A DNA stretch of 64,000 bases, taken from Dehalococcoidia bacterium (lineage in GTDB: Bacteria; Chloroflexota; Dehalococcoidia; Lucifugimonadales; GCA-2712585). The notes beneath the pieces were generated by a model. That model had not been told where the DNA came from and did not search any database. It worked only from the letters and a program-made list of their open reading frames with translations. Location of the stretch: NCBI GenBank assembly GCA_963665075.1, contig OY762063.1, positions 2,422,844 to 2,486,843 of the forward strand. The letters run 5' to 3'. This document shows, in pieces, positions 36,751 to 45,177 of the stretch; position 1 is the stretch's first letter; each line of letters opens with the position of its first letter. The position numbers and the translations under genes were made by a program.

Positions 36751-36771
36751 TTCCCGCCTACGCGGGAATGA
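35761..36771 (+). CDS. IS30-family DDE transposase
   Basis: An N-terminal HTH (CEISRLREEGRTICEIAASMGRAKSTISRELRRN) and a DDE-type core (WEADLM...TFDNGTEF...PWQKGGVEN). The last 6 codons and the TGA stop lie in the flanking repeat. Confidence 0.9.
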   Translation: MGKRYRQIDIRERCEISRLREEGRTICEIAASMGRAKSTISRELRRNGKKKGEYEPVYAERQAVGRRWRGSKLERDDELRELVLAGLRAGLSPEQVACSLELLKGEKVISHESIYRFVHGQIGRTKDYGWRNYLPRRKSKRGYRGRRGGSPASFIKMRRSIWERPECAETRDAPGHWEADLMMFSRHGQAVLALHERQSRILLGVRLESKASDPVAEAMERMLAPLPAEWRRTMTFDNGTEFAKHYRLHELGMETFFCDVRSPWQKGGVENAIGRLRRTLPRKTDLGALSDEEFERLFLVYNNTPRKCLGFRTPAEVFLSQALHLKCESIFPPTRE

Positions 36772-36860
36772 CGAAAGGGGGCGCTCGACCCTTCGACAGG
36801 CTCAGGGTGAGCGGGGGATGGATTCCCGCCTGCGCGGGAATGACGAAAAGGAGGGAAGGG
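36751..36860 (+). repeat. Right part of the interrupted A+B unit plus one more A hairpin
   Basis: TTCCCGCCTACGCGGGAATGACGAAAGGGGGCGCTCGACCCTTCGACAGGCTCAGGGTGAGCGGGGGATGGATTCCCGCCTGCGCGGGAATGACG. Confidence 0.9.
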
Positions 36861-36870
36861 GGCGGAATGA

Positions 36871-38280
36871 TTGGGTTGCACGGAGGTCTACGCGGGCGGG
36901 AAATGCAAGGGGTATGACGTGCTGTATTGGGATTTGATTGACAGGCTGAAGGGGCTGCTGGGACTCGACCGGGTGGTGACGGAGGAAGGGGAGGTGCGTC
37001 GTTATTCCCAGGACGCTTTGACGCCAAGCCGGGCTTTCGACGCGGCGCCCCTTCTGGATAGGCGCGGCGACGTGCTGGTGAGGCCGAAGACTACGGAAGA
37101 AGTTTCGTGGGTGGTGCGGGTCGCCAAGGACTTCGGCGCGCCCGTCATCCCCTACGGCGGCGGCACGGGCGTCATGGGCGGCGTTACGCCCCTGCGCGGC
37201 GGGGTCATCGTGGACATGGGGCTGATGAACGGCATCCTGGAGGTCAGCCCGCAGGACATGACGGCGACGGCGGAGGCGGGGGTCATTCTGGAAGATCTGG
37301 CGTCGGCGTTGGCGGAGAAGGGCTTGATGCTGGGGCACGATCCTTGGAGCGTTCCCATCGCCACCGTGGGCGGGGCGATTTCCACCAACGGCGTGGGCTA
37401 TCGGGCCGCCGCCGTGGGGCCGATGGGGGCGCAGGTGTTGGGGTTGGAGGCGGTGACGCCCACGGGCGAGGTGATTTCAACCAGAAGCGTCCCGAAGACT
37501 TCCGGCGGGCCGAATCTGAACCACCTGTTCATCGGGTCTGAGGGGGCGTTCGGCATCATCACGCGGGCCACGCTGAGGGTGTATCGTCAGCCGGAGGAGC
37601 GGGTGTTTTCGACGTTCAGGTTTCAGACCTTCGAGGACGGGTTCGGCGCGCTGACGGAGATGTTCGCGCTGGGGCTGCGTCCTTCGGTGGTGGACCTGGC
37701 CGACGACTTCGAGGGGATTCATCTATACATGGTCTTCGAGGGGTACAGGGAATTGGTGGAGGCGCAGCGGCGTCGGTCGGCGGAGATTTGCACCGGTCGT
37801 AAGGGGCGCGACATGGGCCCGACGGAGGCAATTCTATATTGGGACACCCGCTATCAGGTGGCGGAGGCGTGGCGGGACGGCGGCGCTGACGGGTCGAGGG
37901 GGCGGGGTCGTTCCTTCGATTATCTCCACGTGGCGGTGCCCGCGTCGAAGGTGCTGGAGTATCGGCTGAAATGCGAGGCGATATTCAGGAAGTACGACGT
38001 GCGGGCGACGGAGTTCGCCATCTGGACGGAGCCGGAATTGTTTTCGATGGTGTTGGTTCCGGGGACGGACACGAAGCCGGGGGATATGACGAAGGCGGTG
38101 GACGAGGCGTTGAGATTGGCGCAGGACATGGGCGGCATCATGGAATACTGCCACGGGGTTGGGGTGAAGCTGGCGCATCTGCTGCCGCGGGAGATGGGCA
38201 AGGGCCTGGACGTGGCGCGGGCGATAAAGATGACGCTGGACCCGCAGAACATAATGAATCCGGGCAAGCTGGGGATGTGA
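36871..38280 (+). CDS. FAD-linked oxidase (GlcD/FAD-binding PCMH-type dehydrogenase family)
   Basis: VVRPKTTEEVSWVVRVAKDFGAPVIPYGGGTGVMGG is an FAD-binding type 4 signature. Conserved C-terminal MEYCHGVGVKLAHLL. The true start may be a few codons downstream. Confidence 0.8.
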   Translation: MGCTEVYAGGKCKGYDVLYWDLIDRLKGLLGLDRVVTEEGEVRRYSQDALTPSRAFDAAPLLDRRGDVLVRPKTTEEVSWVVRVAKDFGAPVIPYGGGTGVMGGVTPLRGGVIVDMGLMNGILEVSPQDMTATAEAGVILEDLASALAEKGLMLGHDPWSVPIATVGGAISTNGVGYRAAAVGPMGAQVLGLEAVTPTGEVISTRSVPKTSGGPNLNHLFIGSEGAFGIITRATLRVYRQPEERVFSTFRFQTFEDGFGALTEMFALGLRPSVVDLADDFEGIHLYMVFEGYRELVEAQRRRSAEICTGRKGRDMGPTEAILYWDTRYQVAEAWRDGGADGSRGRGRSFDYLHVAVPASKVLEYRLKCEAIFRKYDVRATEFAIWTEPELFSMVLVPGTDTKPGDMTKAVDEALRLAQDMGGIMEYCHGVGVKLAHLLPREMGKGLDVARAIKMTLDPQNIMNPGKLGM

Positions 38281-38324
38281 ATGCGTCGGTTTTTGTCTCG
38301 TCATCGGCGCGAAATTGGGTTGGG

Positions 38325-39010
38325 GGGGGCGGGCGACCACAAGGGTGGCCCCTACGAGGAATGGAGGCCGCTCGACCCTTCGACAGGCTCAGGGTGAGCG
38401 GGAATGGATTCCGGCTTTTGCGGGAATGACGGTTATGCAAGGGTATCCTCAAGGGAGAAGATGGATTCCCGCCTACGCGGGAATGACGGAGGGGGGCGCT
38501 TGACCCTTCGACAGGCTCAGGGTGAGCGGGTGGGGGGGTGGTCAGGGTGAGCGGTGTGGGTGGAGCAGGCTCAGGACAGGCTCAGGGCAGGCTCAGGGCA
38601 GGCTCAGGGCAGGTTTAATCTTTTCCCTCAAGGAGATCTTTGCGTGACTGCCGGATGGGACACCCACCCCGCCCGAATCACCCTCATCCCCCGCTTTCGC
38701 GAGGGCAGGCTCTAACCTTCTCCCTCAAGGGAGAAGGGATAAGATGGATTCCGGCTTTTGCGGGAATGACGGTTATGCAAGGGTATCCTCAAGGGAGAGG
38801 AGAGGAAGATGGATTCCCGCCTACGCGGGAATGACGGAGGGGGGCGCTCGACCCTTCGACAGGCTCAGGGTGAGCGGGGATGGATTCCCGCCTACGCGGG
38901 AATGACGGTTATGCAAGGGTATCCTCAAGGGAGAGGAGAGGAAGATGGGGTCTGCTCAAGGGAGAAGGTGGATTCCCGCTTTCGCGGGAATGACGGAAGG
39001 GTAGGCGGGA
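38325..39010 (+). repeat. Large intergenic repeat cluster (F-like, B x3, A x6, D-type x3, 11-bp micro-array)
   Basis: A hairpins at about 38405, 38462, 38747, 38811, 38881 and 38960. CTCAGGGCAGG x3 at 38581, 38592 and 38603. GGTTATGCAAGGGTATCCTCAAGGGAGA x3. Confidence 0.85.
38625..38795 (+). mobile_element. MITE-like unit with ~24-bp imperfect terminal inverted repeats
   Basis: Left end CCCTCAAGGAGATCTTTGCGTGAC versus the reverse complement of the right end, CCCTTGAGGATACCCTTGCATAAC (17/24 match). The interior carries C-like and A hairpins. Confidence 0.35.
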
Positions 39011-39094
39011 ATGACGGAGGTGGGGTTTGGGGGATTTCTTGCGCTTTGCAACTTTGACGTTTACATAGTATCATCAAATAAGGTTGCGTTCGTT

Positions 39095-39553
39095 ATGAAA
39101 GACCAGATATCGAACCCATCTATAGAGGAGCAGGCGGCCAGACTGCAACGCGGCTTGGCGCAATTGGTTAACGCCCTTATATCGGGGCTTAACGAACCTC
39201 TTGCGAGCTTTGACATCGATTCCATTGACTACACCATCCTCAAAGCCTGCACCGGCGTAGAGACGATTACAATCAAAGACCTCAGGAAGCTGGTGCCGGT
39301 GGATTACGTGCAATTGAGCCGTTCGGTGAGTCTACTCGAGGACAGGGGTTTGGTGAGGAAGTTCCGCACCAAAGGAGACCGCCGGCTGGTGTACGTGCAG
39401 GTGACGGAAGAAGGCAAAATCCTGCTGCCCAAGCTCGTCGCTATCTCCGAGAGATACTTCACCCTTCTGGTGAAGGACATAGACGCGGGCGAACTGGCCG
39501 GCAGCATAGCGGTTATGGAAAAAATGATCGGAGAAGACGGGGGGGGGGGGTAG
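39095..39553 (+). CDS. MarR-family transcriptional regulator
   Basis: Winged-helix core ITIKDLRKLVPVDYVQLSRSVSLLEDRGLVRKFRTKGDRRLVYVQVTEEG. ATG at 39095. Confidence 0.8.
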   Translation: MKDQISNPSIEEQAARLQRGLAQLVNALISGLNEPLASFDIDSIDYTILKACTGVETITIKDLRKLVPVDYVQLSRSVSLLEDRGLVRKFRTKGDRRLVYVQVTEEGKILLPKLVAISERYFTLLVKDIDAGELAGSIAVMEKMIGEDGGGG

Positions 39554-39561
39554 ACTTCCTC

Positions 39562-40026
39562 ATGAGCGAACTGATTAGCGAACACGCCCTGGAATCGCAG
39601 ATAACCAGACTTCGGGGCTGCGTGATAAATCTGGTTAACCGTCTGTTCAGGGGTCTGGAAGAGGGGTTGCGTCCCTATGACTTCAACGTCACGGAGTATT
39701 GGGTGTTTGCCAACTGCTTTCTCCACGAACCGATAACCATTTCCGGGCTTGGGGAGTTCACGCCTTTGGCCAGCGGGCGCATAAGCCGCATGGTGTCCAA
39801 GTTCGAAGACAGGGGACTGGTGCGGAAGGTGCGTCTCAGAGACGACAGGCGGGTGGTGTGGGTGGAGATGACGGATGAGGGGAAGGCGCTGGCGCCCCAG
39901 CTGCTGGGTCTGGCGCAGGGGCATTACGCCAACGTAATGGAGGGAGTGAGCCAGGAGGAGTTGACGCGGCTGATTGATTTCGTGGAGAAGATGTCGGCGA
40001 ACGCGGAGTCGGTGAAGGCGGGATAG
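39562..40026 (+). CDS. MarR-family transcriptional regulator (tandem paralog)
   Basis: ITISGLGEFTPLASGRISRMVSKFEDRGLVRKVRLRDDRRVVWVEMTDEG has the same architecture as the upstream gene. Confidence 0.8.
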   Translation: MSELISEHALESQITRLRGCVINLVNRLFRGLEEGLRPYDFNVTEYWVFANCFLHEPITISGLGEFTPLASGRISRMVSKFEDRGLVRKVRLRDDRRVVWVEMTDEGKALAPQLLGLAQGHYANVMEGVSQEELTRLIDFVEKMSANAESVKAG

Positions 40027-40029
40027 GGG

Positions 40030-40262
40030 GGCGCCCTCAGCCCTTCCGCTCCAGGGAATCACCCCCATCCCTTCGACAGGCTCAGGACAGGCTCAGGGTG
40101 AGCGGGGATGGATTCCCGCCTACGCGGGAATGACGGAGGGGTAACGGGGATGACGGAGGGTGAGCGGGGATGGATTCCCGCCTACGCGGGAATGACGGAG
40201 GGGTAACGGGGATGACGGAGGGTGAGCGGGGATGGATTCCCGCCTACGCGGGAATGACGAAG
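40030..40262 (+). repeat. B module, then a 62-bp A-containing unit x3
   Basis: A hairpins at 40110, 40172 and 40234, exactly 62 bp apart. The last unit overlaps the 3' end of the minus-strand DUF62 gene. Confidence 0.9.
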
Positions 40263-41191
40263 GGGGTTGTGCGGATGACTATGGTTTCTCCAGGCTTCAT
40301 GCACAGATGCGCGGCGGCGTTTCCGTTTTTGAGGGCGATTTCCAGGGTGTCGAAGCTGCCTATGATGGCGAGAAGGCCGTCGGCTTCGGCGTAGCTTTCG
40401 GAAAGGCCGTGGATGGTTGTGTGGGCGATTTCTATTTGGATGTTGGAGGGGGGGATGGATTCCCGCCTACGCGGGAATGACGAGGAGGGGGGCGGGGGTG
40501 ATGGGGATGGTTGGGGGGATGTCGGATGGGGTTGCGGGGATGCTGGGTATGATGGGGGGTGGAGGAGGGTTGCGGGGATGTCGGTGACGAGGTTGCCGAA
40601 TCTGTCTACGTGGACGACTCTGCCGCGGAGAGTGTTGTCTTGCCAATGGGGGGTGGACATGGGTAGGCAGTGGAGGGTTCCGACTTCGTCGCCCAACTCC
40701 GATGGGGTTACGCCGTTGGAGAGGTGGGCGGCGACGGGGGCGAAGAGGTCGCGTCCGTGGAAGGTATGGCTGAGGGGTTGGAGCCAGTAGGCGGGGTTGG
40801 TGAGGTGGTGGGCTTTCCATCCGTCGGGGAGATTGACGAGGCCGCCTTTGGTTGACGGCTGGTTCAGTCCGTGAAGGAGGACGTGGGTTAGCAGGCCGTT
40901 GTCGGGGGCGATGAAGCGGGCGTTGGGCGTTTCAAGCAGGACGGGGCGGCGGTTCGTGCCGACCCCAGGGTCTACGACGGCGACGTGGATGGCGTCTTTG
41001 GGGAAGTAGGAATGGCTGTGGCGGAGCAGGAATGAACCCTGGAGGACGTTCTGGGGAGTCACGCCGTGGGTTACGTCGATGATTTCGGCGTCGGGGTTGA
41101 TTCCAAGGATGACGCCCTTCATCAGGCCGACGTAGGGGTCCTGGAGGCCGAAGTCCGTCGTCAGCGTGATGACGGGACGGGAGGAGGACAA
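40244..41191 (-). CDS. SAM hydroxide adenosyltransferase-like protein (DUF62, fluorinase/chlorinase superfamily) with a repeat-derived in-frame insertion
   Basis: ITLTTDFGLQDPYVGLMKGVI...VAVVDPGVGT...FHGRDLFAP...VDRFGNLVT. Residues 211-250 (nt 40442-40561) are Pro-rich and include SFPRRRES encoded by a module A hairpin. Confidence 0.85.
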   Translation of the reverse strand: MSSSRPVITLTTDFGLQDPYVGLMKGVILGINPDAEIIDVTHGVTPQNVLQGSFLLRHSHSYFPKDAIHVAVVDPGVGTNRRPVLLETPNARFIAPDNGLLTHVLLHGLNQPSTKGGLVNLPDGWKAHHLTNPAYWLQPLSHTFHGRDLFAPVAAHLSNGVTPSELGDEVGTLHCLPMSTPHWQDNTLRGRVVHVDRFGNLVTDIPATLLHPPSYPASPQPHPTSPQPSPSPPPPSSSFPRRRESIPPSNIQIEIAHTTIHGLSESYAEADGLLAIIGSFDTLEIALKNGNAAAHLCMKPGETIVIRTTPFVIPA

Positions 41192-41201
41192 GGCTTCGTC
41201 C

Positions 41202-41417
41202 TTATATCAGTCTGACTCTGATGATGGAGACGACGATGAAGATGACGACGAGGGCGATGGTGGAGCGGAAGAGGACGAGTTCCATGCCGCGGCGGACGCG
41301 GAAGGTGGAGTTGGCGGCGCCGAACAGCCCGCTGCCCAGGTCGCGCACCTGGAAGAGGATGACGAGGACGAGGGTGACGGAGATTCCTATCTGGATGAAG
41401 TTCAGGATGGTTTCCAA
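41202..41417 (-). CDS. secG: Preprotein translocase subunit SecG
   Basis: 71 aa with two TM helices and a Gly-rich loop (GSGLFGAANS). Immediately follows gatB. Confidence 0.7.
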   Translation of the reverse strand: METILNFIQIGISVTLVLVILFQVRDLGSGLFGAANSTFRVRRGMELVLFRSTIALVVIFIVVSIIRVRLI

Positions 41418-42917
41418 CTAACTGCTCCCGTTGCTGTTTTGCATGGCGTTGAGTTTCTGTTGCATCAGGTCGTTGACGACGGCGGGGTTGGCCTTGCCGC
41501 GGGTGATTCGCATGACCTGGCCCACCAGGAATTTGGAGGCGGTTTCGCGCCCGCCCAGATAGTCTTGCACCGCCTTGGGGTTTTCGTCAATAGCCTGCCG
41601 CACGGCATGGTCAACCACGGAGGAGTCGCTTATCTGGACGTAACCCTCGTCTTCGACGATGCGTTTTGGCGCCTTGCCTGTCTGGAAGGCCTTCTGGAGG
41701 ACGGTCTTGGCGAGGGAGTTGCTTAGGTCGCCGGATTCCACCATGTCCGAAAGCTGGCCGAGGTGGGCGGGTTTCAGGCGGGATTCGTCGATGGCGGCGA
41801 GGCCATCGTCCAGCAGGCGGGAAACCTCGCCGAGCATCCAGTTGCTGACGCGCTTGGCCTTGGGCTGGGAGGCGTCGGACTTTCCGTTTATGGCTTCCTC
41901 GAAGAACTCGGCGGAGGAGCGGTTGGCGGTGAGAAGTCCGGCGTCGTAGAGGGGCAGCCCGTACTGGCTGACGAAGCGGTCGCGGCGTTGGGCGGGCAGT
42001 TCCGGCAGGGACGCCCGGATTTCTTCCACCCACGCGGGGTCGGGGAGAAGCTCCGGCAGGTCAGGTTCGGGGAAGTAGCGGTAGTCGTGGGCGTGTTCCT
42101 TGCTGCGTTGGCTGAAGGTGACGGCGCGGTCTTCCTGCCAGCCGCGGGTTTCCTGGACGACGCGCCCGCCGTCTTCGACGACGCGGCGTTGTCGTTCGAC
42201 CTCGTATTCCAGGGCGCTGAACACGGAGCGGAAGCTGTTTACGTTCTTGATTTCGGTGCGGGTCATCAACTCGGTGCTGCCCATTGGACGGATGCTCACG
42301 TTGGCGTCGCAGCGGAAGTTTCCTTCCTCCATGTTGCCGGTGGAGACGCCGATGTAGCGTAGGATGGAGCGGAGGGTGGTGAGATACTGGCGGGCCTCCT
42401 CGGGGGAGCGGATGTCCGGCTCGCTGACGATTTCCATGAGGGGCACGCCGGAGCGGTTCACGTCCACCAGGCTGAAGGTCTCGCCGGCGGCGTTGCGGAC
42501 GTGGGTGAGCTTGGCCACGTCCTCCTCCATGTGGACGCGGGTGATGCCGATGGTGCGGGTGTGGTCGCCGGTCTCCACGTCGAGGCGCCCGCCGTAGCAG
42601 ATGGGCATATCGTACTGGGAGATCTGGTAGCCCTTCATCAGGTCGGGGTAGGCGTAATTTTTGCGGTCGAACTTGGTGCGGGTGGCGATGTCGCAGTTGA
42701 GGGCGAGGCCGGTGGCGATGGCGAATTCGACGGCTTTCCTGTTGATGACGGGAAGGACGCCGGGCATGCCGAGGCAGACGGGGCAGACGAGGGAGTTGGG
42801 TTCCGCGCCCTGGTAGTCGGAGCGGCAGGAGCAGAACATCTTGCTGCGCGTTTTGAGCTGGACGTGTACTTCGAGTCCGATGACGGTTTCGTATTTTGTG
42901 GGGGTCGCTGTGGTCAC
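41418..42917 (-). CDS. gatB: Asp/Glu-tRNA(Asn/Gln) amidotransferase subunit B
   Basis: YETVIGLEVHVQLKTRSKMFCSC...NVNRSGVPLMEIVSEPD... Confidence 0.95.
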   Translation of the reverse strand: MTTATPTKYETVIGLEVHVQLKTRSKMFCSCRSDYQGAEPNSLVCPVCLGMPGVLPVINRKAVEFAIATGLALNCDIATRTKFDRKNYAYPDLMKGYQISQYDMPICYGGRLDVETGDHTRTIGITRVHMEEDVAKLTHVRNAAGETFSLVDVNRSGVPLMEIVSEPDIRSPEEARQYLTTLRSILRYIGVSTGNMEEGNFRCDANVSIRPMGSTELMTRTEIKNVNSFRSVFSALEYEVERQRRVVEDGGRVVQETRGWQEDRAVTFSQRSKEHAHDYRYFPEPDLPELLPDPAWVEEIRASLPELPAQRRDRFVSQYGLPLYDAGLLTANRSSAEFFEEAINGKSDASQPKAKRVSNWMLGEVSRLLDDGLAAIDESRLKPAHLGQLSDMVESGDLSNSLAKTVLQKAFQTGKAPKRIVEDEGYVQISDSSVVDHAVRQAIDENPKAVQDYLGGRETASKFLVGQVMRITRGKANPAVVNDLMQQKLNAMQNSNGSS

Positions 42918-42984
42918 GCTGCCTCGTTCGTTGAGGGTGGGATGGGGGATTGTTCGTGCAAGTATATCAACGTGGGGGTAGGGG

Positions 42985-43350
42985 CTTCAATGGATGGGGG
43001 GATCACCCCCATCCCTTCGACAGGCTCAGGCAGGCTCAATCTTCCCCCATCAAGGGGGAAGAGGCAAATTGGTACCCTTGAGAGGGTAATGCAAAGGTCT
43101 CCATCGACTGGGGGGAAAGATGGATTCCCACTTTCGCGGGAATGACGGTTGCGGGTTGAGGGGGAAGGGGGAAGATGGATTCCCGCTTTCGCGGGAAAAA
43201 GAGGTGTGTTGAGGGGGAAGGGAGAAGAGTTGAGGGCAGTTGTGCAAAGGTCTCCATTGACGGGGAGGGAAAGATGGATTCCCGCTTTCGCGGGAATGAC
43301 GGTTGCGGGTTGAGGGGGAAGGGAGAAGAGTTGAGGGCAGTTGTGCAAAG
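42985..43350 (+). repeat. Intergenic repeat cluster (C, D x3, A x3)
   Basis: A hairpins (loop TTTC) at about 43120, 43165 and 43275. GTAATGCAAAGGTCTCCATCGAC. GTTGTGCAAAGGTCT occurs twice. Confidence 0.85.
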
Positions 43351-43355
43351 GTCTT

Positions 43356-44009
43356 CTAGGGAGAGGGGGGCCAGGCTTCTTTGCCGAGGAGGGGGACGAA
43401 GCGGCAGCCGCCTTTGTACTTGATGGACACCCCCTCGCCGGTTCTGATGGCGAGGACGAGTTCCTGGGCTTCGAGGCTGCCTATGGGGATGACCAGTCTG
43501 CCGCCGACGGCAAGTTGGTCGATGAGGGATTGGGGCAGTTGAGGCGCGGCGGCGGTTACGAGGATAGCGTCGAAGGGGGCCTTGTCCGGGCAGCCGAGGG
43601 TGGGGCCGGCGGGCAGCGCTTTGACGTTGGTTAGGCCGAGGAAGCGGAGCAGTTCGGCGGCGTGGCGGGCGAGGTCGGGGACGCGTTCGACGGTGACGAC
43701 GGAGCCTTTATGGGCGAGCAGAGCGAGGATGGCGGCCTGGTAGCCGCTGCCCGTGCCTATCTCCAGAACCCGGTCGGTGGGCATTGGTTGGAGGACGCTG
43801 GTCATGTGGGCGATCATCAGGGGCTGGGAGATGGTCTGTCCGTGGCCGATGGGCAGCGGTTCGTTGACGTAGGCGCGGTGGCGGAGTTGCGGCGGGACGA
43901 AAAGCTCGCGGGGGACTTCGGCCATCGCCGTCAATACGCGGCGGTCGCGGACCTGGCCAGCCAGCTTCAGGAAGAGGGCGTCTTTGGCGTCTGATAGTCG
44001 GCGGGTCAT
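43356..44009 (-). CDS. pcm: Protein-L-isoaspartate O-methyltransferase
   Basis: GHGQTISQPLMIAHM...VLEIGTGSGYQAAILA. Confidence 0.9.
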   Translation of the reverse strand: MTRRLSDAKDALFLKLAGQVRDRRVLTAMAEVPRELFVPPQLRHRAYVNEPLPIGHGQTISQPLMIAHMTSVLQPMPTDRVLEIGTGSGYQAAILALLAHKGSVVTVERVPDLARHAAELLRFLGLTNVKALPAGPTLGCPDKAPFDAILVTAAAPQLPQSLIDQLAVGGRLVIPIGSLEAQELVLAIRTGEGVSIKYKGGCRFVPLLGKEAWPPSP

Positions 44010-44079
44010 GTTATTCTAGTCGGTGGCGGGCGGATTCCTTCCATTAAGTATACACGGATGCGGGGTGAGTTTTGGTACA

Positions 44080-45177
44080 ATGGAGTGGAGAAAACGAAAA
44101 GGGAAGCGCAGGGACAGCTTGAATTCATCTAACGACATGGCGGTTGGAACCGCCGCCACAACCACCAAACCCCCGTCGGATATGGACATCGTCGACCGGA
44201 AGCTGCTGAACGTCATCCAGTCGGGGTTCCCGCTGGTTGACGAACCTTACGTCGAGATAGGGGAGCAGCTGGGCATCGACGAAGCGGAAGTCCTGGAGCG
44301 TCTGGCTCGGTTGCGTAGCAACAACGTGGTGCGGCAGATAAGCGCCATCTTTGACACCCGCCGCCTCGGATATAAGACTACGCTGGTGGCGATGGCCTTC
44401 CCGCCGGAGGGTCTGCACGACGCCGCGCTCGTCATCAACGAACATCCCGGCGTGAGCCACAACTACGCCCGGGAGGGTTCCTACTACAACCTGTGGTTCA
44501 CCATCGCCGTCGCGCCTGACGAGAGTCTGGAGGAGACGGTTGACGGCATGGCGGCGCGGACGGGGGCGCTCCAGCATCGGCTTATGCCGACGATTCGGTT
44601 CTTCAAGATCGGCGTCAACTTCAACATGGTGGACCGGCGCACCGCCGCCTTCAATTACAGCCCAGACGGATACGACAAGGGCGTGTCGAAGGACTGGAAC
44701 AAGGCGGTGTCGTTGTCGGACTTCGATATTCGCGCCATTCGCGAACTACAGGAAGACCTGCCGATGATTTCGCGTCCTTTCGACGCTATGTCGGAGCGGC
44801 TGGGTCTCTCCAACGAGGAGCTTTATCGGATGGCGGCGGAGTTTCAGAAGCGGGGGTTCATGCGTCGCTACAGCGCCGTTCTGCATCATCGGCGGGCGGG
44901 CTTCCGCGCCAACGCGATGGCCGTCTGGAAGGTGGACGAGGAGCGGGCGGAGGAAGTCGGGCAGATAATGGCGTCGCATCCGACCGTCACCCACTGCTAC
45001 CAGCGTCCGACGTTTCCCGACTGGCCGTACACCCACTTTTCGATGATTCACGCGACGACGCCGGCGGGCTGCGAGGCGTCGGTGGCGGAGATTGCCGAGG
45101 CGGCGGGGCTGGACGATTATCTGATTCTGTACAGCACCCGCGAGTACAAGAAGACGCGCGTCCGGTACTTTGTCTGA
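44080..45177 (+). CDS. Fused two-module Lrp/AsnC-like NirDL/AhbAB-type protein (putative siroheme decarboxylase)
   Basis: Two homologous halves (DRKLLNVIQSGFPLVDEPY...RQISAIFDTRRLGYKTTLVA and IRAIRELQEDLPMISRPF...RRYSAVLHHRRAGFRANAMAVW). Start uncertain (44023, 44080 or 44137). Confidence 0.7.
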   Translation: MEWRKRKGKRRDSLNSSNDMAVGTAATTTKPPSDMDIVDRKLLNVIQSGFPLVDEPYVEIGEQLGIDEAEVLERLARLRSNNVVRQISAIFDTRRLGYKTTLVAMAFPPEGLHDAALVINEHPGVSHNYAREGSYYNLWFTIAVAPDESLEETVDGMAARTGALQHRLMPTIRFFKIGVNFNMVDRRTAAFNYSPDGYDKGVSKDWNKAVSLSDFDIRAIRELQEDLPMISRPFDAMSERLGLSNEELYRMAAEFQKRGFMRRYSAVLHHRRAGFRANAMAVWKVDEERAEEVGQIMASHPTVTHCYQRPTFPDWPYTHFSMIHATTPAGCEASVAEIAEAAGLDDYLILYSTREYKKTRVRYFV

